Of a stretch of DNA of 64,000 nucleotides, positions 45,578 through 55,378 are shown in pieces. The notes under the pieces were generated by a model. The model saw nothing but the letters and a program-made list of their open reading frames with translations. It was not told the DNA's origin and made no database searches. This stretch comes from a virus: positions 1 to 64,000 of the IMG/VR virus record IMGVR_UViG_3300017992_000021; one strand, written 5' to 3'. The translations under genes and the position numbers were made by a program. How positions within the stretch are numbered: the first letter of the stretch is position 1; each line of letters starts with the position of its first letter.

Positions 45578-46795
45578 TTAGACGCAGGAGCCCTGCGGGG
45601 ATACATAGAAGTCGCGGAAGTCCTTGAACAGCACGAAACGGCCACGACGGCCAATACCGTCGTCGAGGATCGTGCATGTGATCCCGGCTTTCATGAATTC
45701 CTGCGGGTTGACAGTGATGGCGCCATTCAGAGCGATGGAGACATTGTAGAACTCGTAGAACCCTTGCGGGCCGTTGTTCGACAAAATCTGCACACGCAGC
45801 GCACCCTGAAGTGCGATGCCGTCCTGAAGGCTGTAATCACACGCCTCGCGAGTGAAGCTGTACACAATGCGGACCTGACCACCGTCAGGGATGGCACCCG
45901 TGCCAATGCGCTCGATCGTAGCGGCGGAAGTCGCCACTGCAGAAGCGAACGAGAACGGGCCGCCACCGAGATCGGTGTCGAGGTTGCCAGTTGCCGTGAT
46001 GTCATCAGGATCAACGCCGTCGAGGGCGTTGGCATTGATGGTGACCACAGAACCGGCGACAGTCGCATGGAAGTACGTACCGGCGTAGGCATTAACCGCC
46101 TCCGCAAGAGCGGCGGCGAGTTCGCCCGTAGTACCGAGGCTAGCTTCAAAATTTGAGGTAGCGGTAAGAGTGATCGTACCGCCAGTCTCTGGATTCGGAA
46201 GAACAAGCGTATCGGTACCGCCGTACGTAACACCACTAACCGTGATCGCCACGGTCGAGTGCGTACCGGCCACTGCTGCCGTAGGTGTGTAGTCCGTGCC
46301 AGAAACGTACTGTACAGAACCATTGAGGTTTGTGACCTCGATGATTGTGGTCGCACGGTTACTGAGAGCGCCACCAGTGACGCCTTCGACCGCTACCGGT
46401 GCGTAGGCTTCGGCGGTGGTACCGCTCAGGCGGACACGGGCTGCCTCGTACACCGTTGCCGAATTGGCGGCGGTGTCATTACGATCAACGATCGTGGCAG
46501 AGCGGAACATGATTTCGAGGTTACGGCCAACCAACTCTGTCATCGACAGGTTGATTTCACCGGCATTCTCTCCGACCATGCGCCGTACGGTCGAGTAGAT
46601 ACCCAACCGGGCCGACTTCTTTTCAACGAAGTTCTCAGTGATGTTGAGTTCAATGTCCTCAACGTCGCCGAGTTCGAAATACTGCCCTTGGGTGTTGTTA
46701 GCATCGAAGGGAGCAAACCACGCTGAAATGCGAGACGGGAGAGTAAGATTCTGCGGATTGAATGGCCGCACAACTTCGCGTGCTATTGCAGGCAT
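45578..46795 (-). CDS. Major tail tube protein with inserted accessory domain
   Basis: YFELGDVEDIELNI..., YVSGTDY..., GALR; central Thr/Ala/Gly-rich insertion; followed by a terminator. Confidence 0.8.
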   Translation of the reverse strand: MPAIAREVVRPFNPQNLTLPSRISAWFAPFDANNTQGQYFELGDVEDIELNITENFVEKKSARLGIYSTVRRMVGENAGEINLSMTELVGRNLEIMFRSATIVDRNDTAANSATVYEAARVRLSGTTAEAYAPVAVEGVTGGALSNRATTIIEVTNLNGSVQYVSGTDYTPTAAVAGTHSTVAITVSGVTYGGTDTLVLPNPETGGTITLTATSNFEASLGTTGELAAALAEAVNAYAGTYFHATVAGSVVTINANALDGVDPDDITATGNLDTDLGGGPFSFASAVATSAATIERIGTGAIPDGGQVRIVYSFTREACDYSLQDGIALQGALRVQILSNNGPQGFYEFYNVSIALNGAITVNPQEFMKAGITCTILDDGIGRRGRFVLFKDFRDFYVSPQGSCV

Positions 46796-46810
46796 TTGAT
46801 TCTCCCAATG

Positions 46811-47425
46811 TTACGTAGAACGACTGTACAAAAGCTGGAGCCTAAAAGTTGCTTTCGCAAGGCCGCTCTCTGAGATTTCGAATATCTGGGGTTCTTCGAT
46901 AGGGAAGCAACGATGGACTACCAAATCCGGTTCGCTGACATCAAGCAATTGGCCGTCTTCCCCGTACTTTTTACGTAGAACCTCAAAACTCGCATCATCA
47001 AAGAACAAGCTCCAGAGCCGTTGTGCGACGTCCATCGCACGCTGGGTTGGCGCTGATTCGACAACAACTCGAACCAGACCGGGCGTACCCGACTTGTGAA
47101 GCCGGGAGCCAAAGACATCGGTAGTTACGCCGTCCGACATAAAACTAACCATAGTCTTCTGATAATCATCATCGGTGGTAATTTCATTGGTTGTCAACCA
47201 ATAAAACAGATTTTCCCCAATTACCGCCGGAATATAATCGGTGATCCCGTACTGAGCGCAGACGTCTTCCTCTCGATCGGGAATATCAACGGGCCACTGC
47301 ATTGCCTCCAGATATAACGCAACACCCTGTCCGAGTGTATTTCGCGGGCCTTTTGCGAAATCTGTCGGAAATTTAGACCGAATATAAATCTCGATCTGGT
47401 GTTCTTGTCCGGTAGGTTGCGCCAT
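46811..47425 (-). CDS. Putative tail terminator/completion protein
   Basis: Immediately upstream of the tail tube gene. Confidence 0.55.
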   Translation of the reverse strand: MAQPTGQEHQIEIYIRSKFPTDFAKGPRNTLGQGVALYLEAMQWPVDIPDREEDVCAQYGITDYIPAVIGENLFYWLTTNEITTDDDYQKTMVSFMSDGVTTDVFGSRLHKSGTPGLVRVVVESAPTQRAMDVAQRLWSLFFDDASFEVLRKKYGEDGQLLDVSEPDLVVHRCFPIEEPQIFEISESGLAKATFRLQLLYSRST

Positions 47426-47889
47426 TAGTAACCCCAACGTCTACGCTGCACACCCGGCGGTGGCGGTGGTTCATCACTGACGTCCGTAAGCACATAATCC
47501 TCATCGGGATCGAAGCTAGTGCGCTTCTGGGTCGGCTGTAAAGGCATATCTTGCCGCACCAACCTGAGATCATACGTAGACGAACCGCCTAGCATGCTCT
47601 CACCAACCTTGAAATCATAGACCTTGAAGTAGTGCGTAGGGTCATGCTTAAACCGCAGGTACATCCCGGCGTGTAATTTCTGCACGACGTCAGGAGTCTG
47701 AGGTACCGACATCGTGGCATCGATTTGTATCTTGGTATTTTTTCCGGTTGAGATGAACTTCGTTTCTTCGTGCATGTAGCACGGCCAGTAAACGTCGATC
47801 TCATCATCCTTCAGGACGTTCTTGTGCTTACGCGCACGCACGACGTCCACAGGAACAATTGCTTCAACCGTATGTGGATTCTGAAACAC
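47425..47889 (-). CDS. Putative head closure protein
   Basis: Size, position, beta-rich pattern. Confidence 0.5.
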   Translation of the reverse strand: MFQNPHTVEAIVPVDVVRARKHKNVLKDDEIDVYWPCYMHEETKFISTGKNTKIQIDATMSVPQTPDVVQKLHAGMYLRFKHDPTHYFKVYDFKVGESMLGGSSTYDLRLVRQDMPLQPTQKRTSFDPDEDYVLTDVSDEPPPPPGVQRRRWGY

Positions 47890-47890
47890 G

Positions 47891-48769
47891 TTATTCGCCT
47901 TTCAGTCTCTTAACGACCTGCAGCGTTTTCGACGCCGCAAAGGCTAGTAACGCGGGTAGCGCCAGTACGCCCGCTGCCGTAGATCCGAAAACCAAACCCC
48001 CGGCTAGTGCGAGTAGGGCGCCAGCACCGCCAACCATGAACAGCAGTTCCTGCGCGTCCCGGCGAGTTCCGACACCCTTGCCGATGCGCCGGACTTGCTT
48101 GCTCATTTTCTGGACCTTGATAGCCCTGCGACGTAGTTCCCGCAGTTCCTGTTCGGTATGCGTGGCCTTAGCTGTCCGCTGCCGCACACCACTAAACTCT
48201 TCCGCCGCCTGCTTGCCGCGCGCTGACGGGCTCCGCTGCATGATGTTCTTCAATTCCCGCTCAACGGCGTCGACCACCTTGCGGAAAGATTCGAGAATGT
48301 ATATCTCGGAGGTTAACAGAGCCAGAATTTCTGTGGCTGCCATTTCAATCTGCGTCACAGAGTTCACGATATCCGCTACAGCGCGTTGCTCAGCTACCGT
48401 TAATTCACGTTGTTCAATGACGGCTTTAGGGTCGATCTGCTCCAGAGCGAAATTCACCCCCGCGAATTTCTCCTTGCCGGGGATGTTAAGTACATCTGGA
48501 GCAGGCTTCCCCTCCTTGGCGGCCTTCAGTCGAACATCTTCGAGCTTTTTGAGGGCCTTGGTCAGATTCCTATCAGTGTTGAACAGCGCCCGCACCAATT
48601 TACCGACCTGATTCTTCAACGCGTCCGTGAGAATATCGAGGCGTTTGACGGATTTGTTTTTCGTGCGTTCCGCCTTCTCGATACGAGCATCTAGCTCCTC
48701 GATCGCACGAGTGCCTTTTTCGACAAGCGTAACATCTACAGTCGGCTCAACGCCTCTAATAGTAGGCAT
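47891..48769 (-). CDS. Coiled-coil protein with C-terminal hydrophobic hairpin
   Basis: ATG at 48769 after GGAG; LLFMVGGAGALLALAGGLVFGSTAAGVLALPALLAFAA. Confidence 0.65.
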   Translation of the reverse strand: MPTIRGVEPTVDVTLVEKGTRAIEELDARIEKAERTKNKSVKRLDILTDALKNQVGKLVRALFNTDRNLTKALKKLEDVRLKAAKEGKPAPDVLNIPGKEKFAGVNFALEQIDPKAVIEQRELTVAEQRAVADIVNSVTQIEMAATEILALLTSEIYILESFRKVVDAVERELKNIMQRSPSARGKQAAEEFSGVRQRTAKATHTEQELRELRRRAIKVQKMSKQVRRIGKGVGTRRDAQELLFMVGGAGALLALAGGLVFGSTAAGVLALPALLAFAASKTLQVVKRLKGE

Positions 48770-49608
48770 TACAGACTCCCCGGATGATCGACGACCGTAG
48801 TCGCCAAATACGGCTTGAGGAAATGGTACGCTTCTTGACACAACCGGTGCTGCCGGGCCTCCTTGAGATCCCATGTCTCGTTGGAGTCCCCCCGAGATAA
48901 TCCAGTAAGGCCCTGAGATTGAAGATCCCGGCGAGCATCGATGTCGTGCGCCCGATCGTCCTGTTGCATGAGATACAACGCCTGCACCGCACACGCGTGC
49001 TTCAGCGAGACCGGCAGGATTTCCGACGTAGTAGAAAATGCCGCGTACACCTCGCTGGCATCGAATATACGCGGGAACTGCCGTGAAGCGCGCTCGGCAT
49101 CAAATGCATAAACACGCAGCTTGCGGCCCTTGTACTTCTCACGGTCAATGTCATCACTGGCCGTGATCAGGTACCGTAACGCTTTACCGGAATCCGGCAC
49201 CGCAAGGCGCTCCCACATCTCCCAGTCACGCCGCGTCTGGAAGAACTGTGTCGCCTCCGCAAGTGTGGCATACGCCTCGCGACCCTCAGGAACTGTCACA
49301 GCAAAATTGGTGTTGAAGAGTTCTTCTTCAACCCAGACGACTGTCTGGCTCCCAACCAGCGACGTGCCTGTATATTCGAAGAACACATACTCACCGGGGA
49401 ACTTCTCGCGATCGCTGACATCGTAATCGGTGATCTTGTAGGCGTAGTCGCTGCCCGTGATCACCTGCGTAATGCCTGCTGGGTAAACCAGCGTGTCCTG
49501 CAGTGCCCAACGCTGATTACGTACCGCGACGCTTAACGCCGAAAGCTGCACACCGTCTCCGGTGGCAGGATTTACCAGACGACTGGTAATCGTTACTTGA
49601 TCAGCCAT
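48769..49608 (-). CDS. Head-tail adaptor with N-terminal extra domain
   Basis: AYATLAEATQFF...LITASDDID...FPR...LKHACAVQAL...LKPYL. Confidence 0.75.
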   Translation of the reverse strand: MADQVTITSRLVNPATGDGVQLSALSVAVRNQRWALQDTLVYPAGITQVITGSDYAYKITDYDVSDREKFPGEYVFFEYTGTSLVGSQTVVWVEEELFNTNFAVTVPEGREAYATLAEATQFFQTRRDWEMWERLAVPDSGKALRYLITASDDIDREKYKGRKLRVYAFDAERASRQFPRIFDASEVYAAFSTTSEILPVSLKHACAVQALYLMQQDDRAHDIDARRDLQSQGLTGLSRGDSNETWDLKEARQHRLCQEAYHFLKPYLATTVVDHPGSL

Positions 49609-49621
49609 GACGGCCTACTTT

Positions 49622-50125
49622 CTAGGGCTCGTCGTACACGCCCCGCTTGCGTTCGGTCTTGAATCGCCGCAGGCCCTCCTTCGCGCCTTCCTTGAGAAGT
49701 ACGCGGCTGGGCTTGACTGTGCCTTCGGAAGTCGGGAGGTTGATATCGAGGGGCTCATCGTGGACGTACTTGTCGTGCTCCCAGCCATCCTTTTCTTTGA
49801 TCTTGATGCGGTTGCCCTTCTCATCGACCTCAAAGTGCGTTGAATTAGTCTGCTTCCAACCGCCAATAACACGCGCGGGGATATCCCGGATTTCTCCGAC
49901 AGCCGACTTAGCCGCTTGCTTGAGCGCCTCATCCCAACTTTCGAAATTGCGCTCCAAACCGCGATCGCAGCAGCAGTACCCATCGTTGCGGCCAGTGCGC
50001 GGCACATAGTAATCGGCTTCATAACGATCGAGGCCGGTGCGGTGTACGTGAACTCGGGCAACTCCTACGCCGAAAGAACCCTCGATGCGGAGTTCGAAAG
50101 AAGCATGTTGTAAAATTAGCGGCAT
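49622..50125 (-). CDS. Hypothetical protein
   Basis: GGAGG RBS. Confidence 0.65.
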   Translation of the reverse strand: MPLILQHASFELRIEGSFGVGVARVHVHRTGLDRYEADYYVPRTGRNDGYCCCDRGLERNFESWDEALKQAAKSAVGEIRDIPARVIGGWKQTNSTHFEVDEKGNRIKIKEKDGWEHDKYVHDEPLDINLPTSEGTVKPSRVLLKEGAKEGLRRFKTERKRGVYDEP

Positions 50126-50172
50126 GAATATTCCTCCAGAAAAATCTTCTGTAGTATATACGGTCGGCGAGG

Positions 50173-50574
50173 CTAGTCGTCGAAATCCAAAACGTTGGTC
50201 AATCCCCGTTGCCAGCTACGCATCGCTCTAACAGCACGCTCTACGACGGTCTCTACACGAGTCGTAGCCGCATCAAAATCTTCCGTATCGTGGCGGGTTT
50301 CACTGACAACGACATTTGCGGCTGCGGTAATCGTATTTGCGTGTTTTTCACTGAGAGTTTCGGCTCTCTGGAATTTCGATGCTTGCAGCTTACGCACCTT
50401 GATAAACACATCTTCCACGGCTTCATTCAGTTCGTCTTGGAGATCGTTGGCGTGGCCGAACCACTTATCCCGAGCCTCGTCATCATTGACGGAGCTTGGT
50501 TTCGCGTTCTTGAAGAGGACCAACTTTTTATTGATCCTTGAAATGTTGTCTTCCAGTATTTTCGTGTTAGCCAT
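50173..50574 (-). CDS. Hypothetical helical protein
   Basis: Coupled ORF. Confidence 0.6.
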   Translation of the reverse strand: MANTKILEDNISRINKKLVLFKNAKPSSVNDDEARDKWFGHANDLQDELNEAVEDVFIKVRKLQASKFQRAETLSEKHANTITAAANVVVSETRHDTEDFDAATTRVETVVERAVRAMRSWQRGLTNVLDFDD

Positions 50575-50978
50575 CACAGGTCCCCCTTTAGATCGATGTA
50601 CCGCTGCATTTCGAACGTGAAAAGCCGCTGATAGAAATCCCCGAACATCTCCAGCGGCTTTGTCAGATAGCGCGCCGCTCCGAAAAAGCCGAGGCTCGGA
50701 TGGTTGTACGGGATCTCGTGCTGCCTCTCGGCGTATTCGAGGTCGTACACAACCCTAACCATAGATACGGCTTGCTTCAACGTGGGGAAAATTTCAACTT
50801 TCCCACTATCTTTGAGAGCACCTGTTAAGACGGGAACGAAGGCTTTGCTGTCGGCTAGAAGGCGCCTAGCCACTTGAACGAGGGCGTGTTCGGCTGCATC
50901 AGCTAAACGGTTTTTCAATTCACGCACTTTCACGCGAGAATTAACTGTAACCGCGAACGAGCCCTCGATCGGTGGCAT
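50574..50978 (-). CDS. HK97 gp10-like / minor capsid 2 neck protein
   Basis: VPVLTGALKDSG...YAERQHE...ARYLTKPL. Confidence 0.78.
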   Translation of the reverse strand: MPPIEGSFAVTVNSRVKVRELKNRLADAAEHALVQVARRLLADSKAFVPVLTGALKDSGKVEIFPTLKQAVSMVRVVYDLEYAERQHEIPYNHPSLGFFGAARYLTKPLEMFGDFYQRLFTFEMQRYIDLKGDL

Positions 50979-50984
50979 ATCTGT

Positions 50985-51986
50985 CTATCGTCCTTCTGCT
51001 GGGGGTGGCGGTGTCGGCAATCCCGCAGAAGCCGCCTCGGTCTCACCCTTTGCCGCAGCATTTGTTTGCGGCGATACTGTCGCATCCGTCACAGCTTCGT
51101 CAGGCGTAGATGGTGCCTGCTTGAGAGTCTTGTCGGGAGCCATTGACGTCTTTTGTGGGGATTGGCCCTCTACGTGTGATGTTTGCGTGATGGCTGGCGC
51201 CGGGACCTGACCCTGCGGTTGCGGGGTTTGCTGAGGCTGCGCGGGTTGCTGCTGCCTCTGCCCCTTGGGATCGAGGTTCACGAGCACAGGATTTCCGCCG
51301 GTCGGCGACTGTACCGACGTAACCTGCGAGTTGAACCGCGCAGAATGGTCGGTCTTGGAATTCAGTTCTTCCTGTGTCGGATCACGGAACGGCATAAATG
51401 CGATTTGCACGCGCTCCTCAGGTGCAAGCTCCTTGAGCATTACCACCTTGCGGCCCGTGTTCGAATCGATGCTGATATTCGTATCCTCGATCTTTTCGGA
51501 GTAGATGTAGTTCTTGACCTGATTCATCAGTTGCAGAACCAACTTCACAGGCACCTTCCGAATTTCCCAAGGTACGAATTCGTGGCGTGACCGCTCCCAC
51601 AGTACGGTGACGGTCCTACTGGTGCAGACGTCGATCATCTGCTCCTTCATTGCCCGCAGCGAGTGCGTACGCTTTGGTTCACGCGTGAAATTCGCGGCCT
51701 CCATCACAACCAGCAGCATCGGAATATTTTCATGCGGCTGATAGATGGGTGCCTCGCGCTGATCGCCCACAAATGTTTGACGAATGAAATCGTTAATACG
51801 CCTGCGCGCATTATCAACGACCTCTTGTACGACAGGCTTTTTCATCGGATCAAGGTCCTGCTGCGTCTGTCCACCGTATGAAGTAGCGGATGCTGCTCCA
51901 AACGGCAGGATAGCTGGTCCTTGTGCCCTTTGTGGCGCACCTGCTTGCTGAGCAGGGAGTCCGGGTTGCGCCGGTAATCCACTCAT
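50985..51986 (-). CDS. Hypothetical protein with Pro/Gln-rich disordered ends
   Basis: AGGAG RBS; follows the capsid gene. Confidence 0.7.
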   Translation of the reverse strand: MSGLPAQPGLPAQQAGAPQRAQGPAILPFGAASATSYGGQTQQDLDPMKKPVVQEVVDNARRRINDFIRQTFVGDQREAPIYQPHENIPMLLVVMEAANFTREPKRTHSLRAMKEQMIDVCTSRTVTVLWERSRHEFVPWEIRKVPVKLVLQLMNQVKNYIYSEKIEDTNISIDSNTGRKVVMLKELAPEERVQIAFMPFRDPTQEELNSKTDHSARFNSQVTSVQSPTGGNPVLVNLDPKGQRQQQPAQPQQTPQPQGQVPAPAITQTSHVEGQSPQKTSMAPDKTLKQAPSTPDEAVTDATVSPQTNAAAKGETEAASAGLPTPPPPAEGR

Positions 51987-52042
51987 GATTTTCTCCTGTA
52001 CTTTCCAACGAAAAACGAAAAATAGCTGAGATCAGTATAACG

Positions 52043-52070
52043 AAAGGGGGAAGCTCGTGCCTCCCCCTTT
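52043..52070 (-). terminator. Terminator after the major capsid gene
   Basis: AAAGGGGGA-loop-TCCCCCTTT hairpin. Confidence 0.7.
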
Positions 52071-52094
52071 CTTCCGTTACCGAAAAACCTCGGA

Positions 52095-53111
52095 TTATGA
52101 GGTCTGGATGTCACGGATAGAACCCGCCATAAACGGATTCTTGTACTGAAGCTGCGAGTACGTCTTCGCGAACATGATGCTCGCGTCCTTGTTACCCGCA
52201 TCGCGCGGCTCGATCTCGAAATCAAGCAGCATCTTGAACTTCAGCAAGTCGATGTCGATGAAGTCCATCCGGCCTTCCTCATACAGAGGAACGCTGATGA
52301 TGGGAACATCATTGAACATCAGGGCTTCGAAGCCGCCAACGTAGCGCAGTGGGCTAGTTGACTGGGCAGGTGCGAACGTGTAACGACGATCAACACCGAG
52401 CAGCAGACCGAACTGAGTGAACACGTTCGGTGAGCAGAAGATATGCGTGATCTTGCCCTGACGGACAGCACGCACTTCATTCAGGATCTGGTGCAGAAGC
52501 AGTTCCGAGATCGGGCGTGGCGTTCCCGGTGAGACCGGGTTACGCAGCACGAAGGACTGCCACCACGTGTCAACGGAGCGGTCGATGGTACCGTAAGTAC
52601 CAACGTCGCCACCGTCGTCAACCATGGCCTGAATGCCGGTGAGGTCGAGGCCAGTCGCATCCAGCGAGGCGTGTACGCCGTTGAGATTACCAGCGCCGTC
52701 CGACAGACTCTGCAGATTCATGTTTGCCTGAAGCTGCTTGAGGGCCTGCTCGGTGTTTTCGGCGAGGGAGTCTATGATCGCGCTACGCGACTTGGTAATC
52801 GCTTGTGCGAGACCTGAGACCTTGATCGGAACACCATTGAGTTTCCAATCCAGACGTGCAGTGTCGAACTGCTCGCCGAGATCGTTGCGGTCAATTCCGA
52901 TGTCTCCGTTTTCGGCGTAGGAGCCCGCTGCTGGATTTCCTGCGTAGTACACCTTCCAAGTGATGTCCTTCTCGACATACGACTCTTCGGTGGGCTTCAG
53001 GAGTTCCATGAACACATTGTTCCGGACGAATGTACGGTAGAAGGTAGGCTCGAACTCCTCCTTCACCATGACAGCCGCATCGGAAAAATTGAAGCCGACT
53101 TCATTCGGCAT
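52095..53111 (-). CDS. Major capsid protein (HK97 fold)
   Basis: ATG at 53111 after GGGAG; downstream of the scaffold; LTGIQAMVD, YGTIDRS..WW, GGFEALMFNDVPI motifs; terminator follows. Confidence 0.85.
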   Translation of the reverse strand: MPNEVGFNFSDAAVMVKEEFEPTFYRTFVRNNVFMELLKPTEESYVEKDITWKVYYAGNPAAGSYAENGDIGIDRNDLGEQFDTARLDWKLNGVPIKVSGLAQAITKSRSAIIDSLAENTEQALKQLQANMNLQSLSDGAGNLNGVHASLDATGLDLTGIQAMVDDGGDVGTYGTIDRSVDTWWQSFVLRNPVSPGTPRPISELLLHQILNEVRAVRQGKITHIFCSPNVFTQFGLLLGVDRRYTFAPAQSTSPLRYVGGFEALMFNDVPIISVPLYEEGRMDFIDIDLLKFKMLLDFEIEPRDAGNKDASIMFAKTYSQLQYKNPFMAGSIRDIQTS

Positions 53112-53193
53112 GATGCGTCTCCCTACTTGTAAAAACGCGAACCTAATAATGTCTCTGGTAGTCCGTGCGCGAGAAAGCCGTCCGGCCATTGCA

Positions 53194-53227
53194 CAAAAGA
53201 AACAGGTGCGGAATCCACCGCACCTGT
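53194..53227 (-). terminator. Terminator between scaffold and capsid genes
   Basis: ACAGGTGCGG-loop-CCGCACCTGT + TTCTTTTG. Confidence 0.7.
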
Positions 53228-53273
53228 AGGGTAATTGAATATTTCAGGTTTTTTCAACCCCAAAAATCGTTTT

Positions 53274-54374
53274 TTATGTCATACCTTGAACGCGCTTACG
53301 CAGATTTTGCTTGGCTTCACGGAATGACGCGGCTTTTTCACGCGGCTCTGCCGGTGGCGCTTTTGCGGAGCCGCCTCCTTCACCACCTGTGCCGGTAGCT
53401 CCGGGTTTGACTTCGAGTTCCTTATCGTCCTTCACCTTAGCGAAGAATTCAGGCACGTCTTCCTTGAGCTTCTCGAAAATATCCGCGAAGGACATTTCCT
53501 TACCGGCCTCATTTACGATTTCCTGCGCTTTTTGCTGAGCGAACTCATGCAGGTTGGTTGGTATACCGGCATCGTGTGCGGCACTACTGAACTTGTGGAA
53601 GTTGGTTTTCTTTTTCAGGTTGTCGCGATCTTCTTTGATTTCATCACGCACCTCTTCGGCGCGCTTCAGCTTATCCTTGAGATCAGCGTTTTCCTGTTCC
53701 TTTTCCGCGAGCTTGTTCTTGATAGGTTCGAGGCCCTTCTCTACGGCCTCAGTAACCTGCTTGGCGATTGCTTCCTGCGTTATCGCAGGCTGCTGGTCAC
53801 CTTCGGGAGCCTTCGCCGGTTCGCCTTCAGCGGGCTTGGCGGGCTCGCCCGTAGCGGGTTGACCGCCCTCGGCAGGGGTCGTGGTTTCAGCTTCGGCAGA
53901 CTGCGCGGCACCAGCACTGGCAGGCGGCGTGGTTTCAGTTCCGGTAGTTTCCTTGGGTGTAGTTTCGGCACCTTCTCCTGCCACATTTTTCTCCTGTTCT
54001 GCGGTGCGCTTTGAAACACGCTCCTTGATCTCATCGAGCTTGGTCTTCTGCTCGTCGGTCAGCCCCTCCTTACGAATCTGCTCGTATTTCTTGGCGCTGT
54101 CGAGTTCGCTTTCGAACTTTTCAGCTTCCGCATCGAGTTCCTTCATCATGGTGTCGAAATCGAACGCGTCAGCCATTTCCTCGCCACGGATCTCGCCCTC
54201 TTGTGCGGCATCCGCTTTGATTTGATCATGCTTTTCCTCAGTCGCCACCTTCTCATTGATTTTATCCCGCGCTTTGGAAAATCCATCCTGAGCGCGTTCA
54301 TCGGTGAGGAGTTGACGAGACATGCCGCCATCCGGCGGAGTTCCACCCTCGGGTGTGCCTGCTGTGCCTGCCAT
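53274..54374 (-). CDS. Capsid scaffolding protein
   Basis: Acidic coiled coil; PEFF followed by Gly-rich tail; directly upstream of the capsid gene. Confidence 0.8.
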   Translation of the reverse strand: MAGTAGTPEGGTPPDGGMSRQLLTDERAQDGFSKARDKINEKVATEEKHDQIKADAAQEGEIRGEEMADAFDFDTMMKELDAEAEKFESELDSAKKYEQIRKEGLTDEQKTKLDEIKERVSKRTAEQEKNVAGEGAETTPKETTGTETTPPASAGAAQSAEAETTTPAEGGQPATGEPAKPAEGEPAKAPEGDQQPAITQEAIAKQVTEAVEKGLEPIKNKLAEKEQENADLKDKLKRAEEVRDEIKEDRDNLKKKTNFHKFSSAAHDAGIPTNLHEFAQQKAQEIVNEAGKEMSFADIFEKLKEDVPEFFAKVKDDKELEVKPGATGTGGEGGGSAKAPPAEPREKAASFREAKQNLRKRVQGMT

Positions 54375-54390
54375 TCATTCTCTCCATCGG

Positions 54391-55284
54391 TTAAACAGAA
54401 ATAGCGTGCGGGTTAGGCCGCGAACGCCTGCGAATCTTTTTATGGGACGTAAAACGCTGAACGTCTTTGAGAGTCAGCACCGGCCCATACCTCCCATCGT
54501 AGGTGTCCAAGGTTTCCTTGAACGACCGTAGTATATGATGGCGGCAATTTGGATGAAACAAATTTGGGCTTAATTCTCTCTGAACAAACATCAATGCATC
54601 CGCTGTCAGCACCTTACCTTGAACGAAAATACACGTCTGAGATGACTCGGGTACCGCCCCCGGATTACTTATCCGGAACAGGCGCTTAGCTCGCGGTACC
54701 TTCCTCAAACGATCCCGCTGCTTGAGCAGGATGCTGTCGGCCTCTCTGAAGAAATTCGAGGGCAGCGTCTTCACCAGCATTTTCACGTGCTGAGTAATGC
54801 CCATCCGAAAAATAGTACGCTGGCCACCTGCGGTCTGTCGAGTACGAACGACGCCGGACATATTGCCCTTCAACTGGCTCTCCGCCAGCCGCTTCGCGCC
54901 CTCATCACGGCCAAACAGCGCGGTGAATATCCGCTGCAAAATGGTGCGGTTGCGATTCAGTTTGTTCTGCGATCCCTCGATTGAATCCGAGGCAGTGGCG
55001 AACGCTTTCGTGATGTTCTGCACCCACAGGCCGAGATAGCGGTCTCGTAGAAGCAGGATGAATTCCTTAATCTTGTCGTCGGTGATTTTGGCGGTCTCGA
55101 TGAAGGCCGCTGCCATAGCGCGGAATTCGTTGCGTCCGATCGCTACGAGTTCGTTCTGTAATCGGGTCAAGGTGCCTTGGTTGAACTTCGTAACATCCTT
55201 CTCTACATCGCGTTGAAACACGGACAACTGCCGCAGGATGATCCTGAACTTGTTGCCACGAAAGAATATGCGCGGTGGTGCCAT
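54391..55284 (-). CDS. Minor head protein (MuF/gp7-like)
   Basis: C...QGKV...LFHPNCRH. Confidence 0.8.
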   Translation of the reverse strand: MAPPRIFFRGNKFRIILRQLSVFQRDVEKDVTKFNQGTLTRLQNELVAIGRNEFRAMAAAFIETAKITDDKIKEFILLLRDRYLGLWVQNITKAFATASDSIEGSQNKLNRNRTILQRIFTALFGRDEGAKRLAESQLKGNMSGVVRTRQTAGGQRTIFRMGITQHVKMLVKTLPSNFFREADSILLKQRDRLRKVPRAKRLFRISNPGAVPESSQTCIFVQGKVLTADALMFVQRELSPNLFHPNCRHHILRSFKETLDTYDGRYGPVLTLKDVQRFTSHKKIRRRSRPNPHAISV

Positions 55285-55378
55285 AACGCCCCTATATTAA
55301 CAGAAACCGGACCAGTGGCAACTGGCCCGGCTCTGCGATGGAAAGTTCAGAGAGACTAGGCTCCCGACTCACCTCTAT

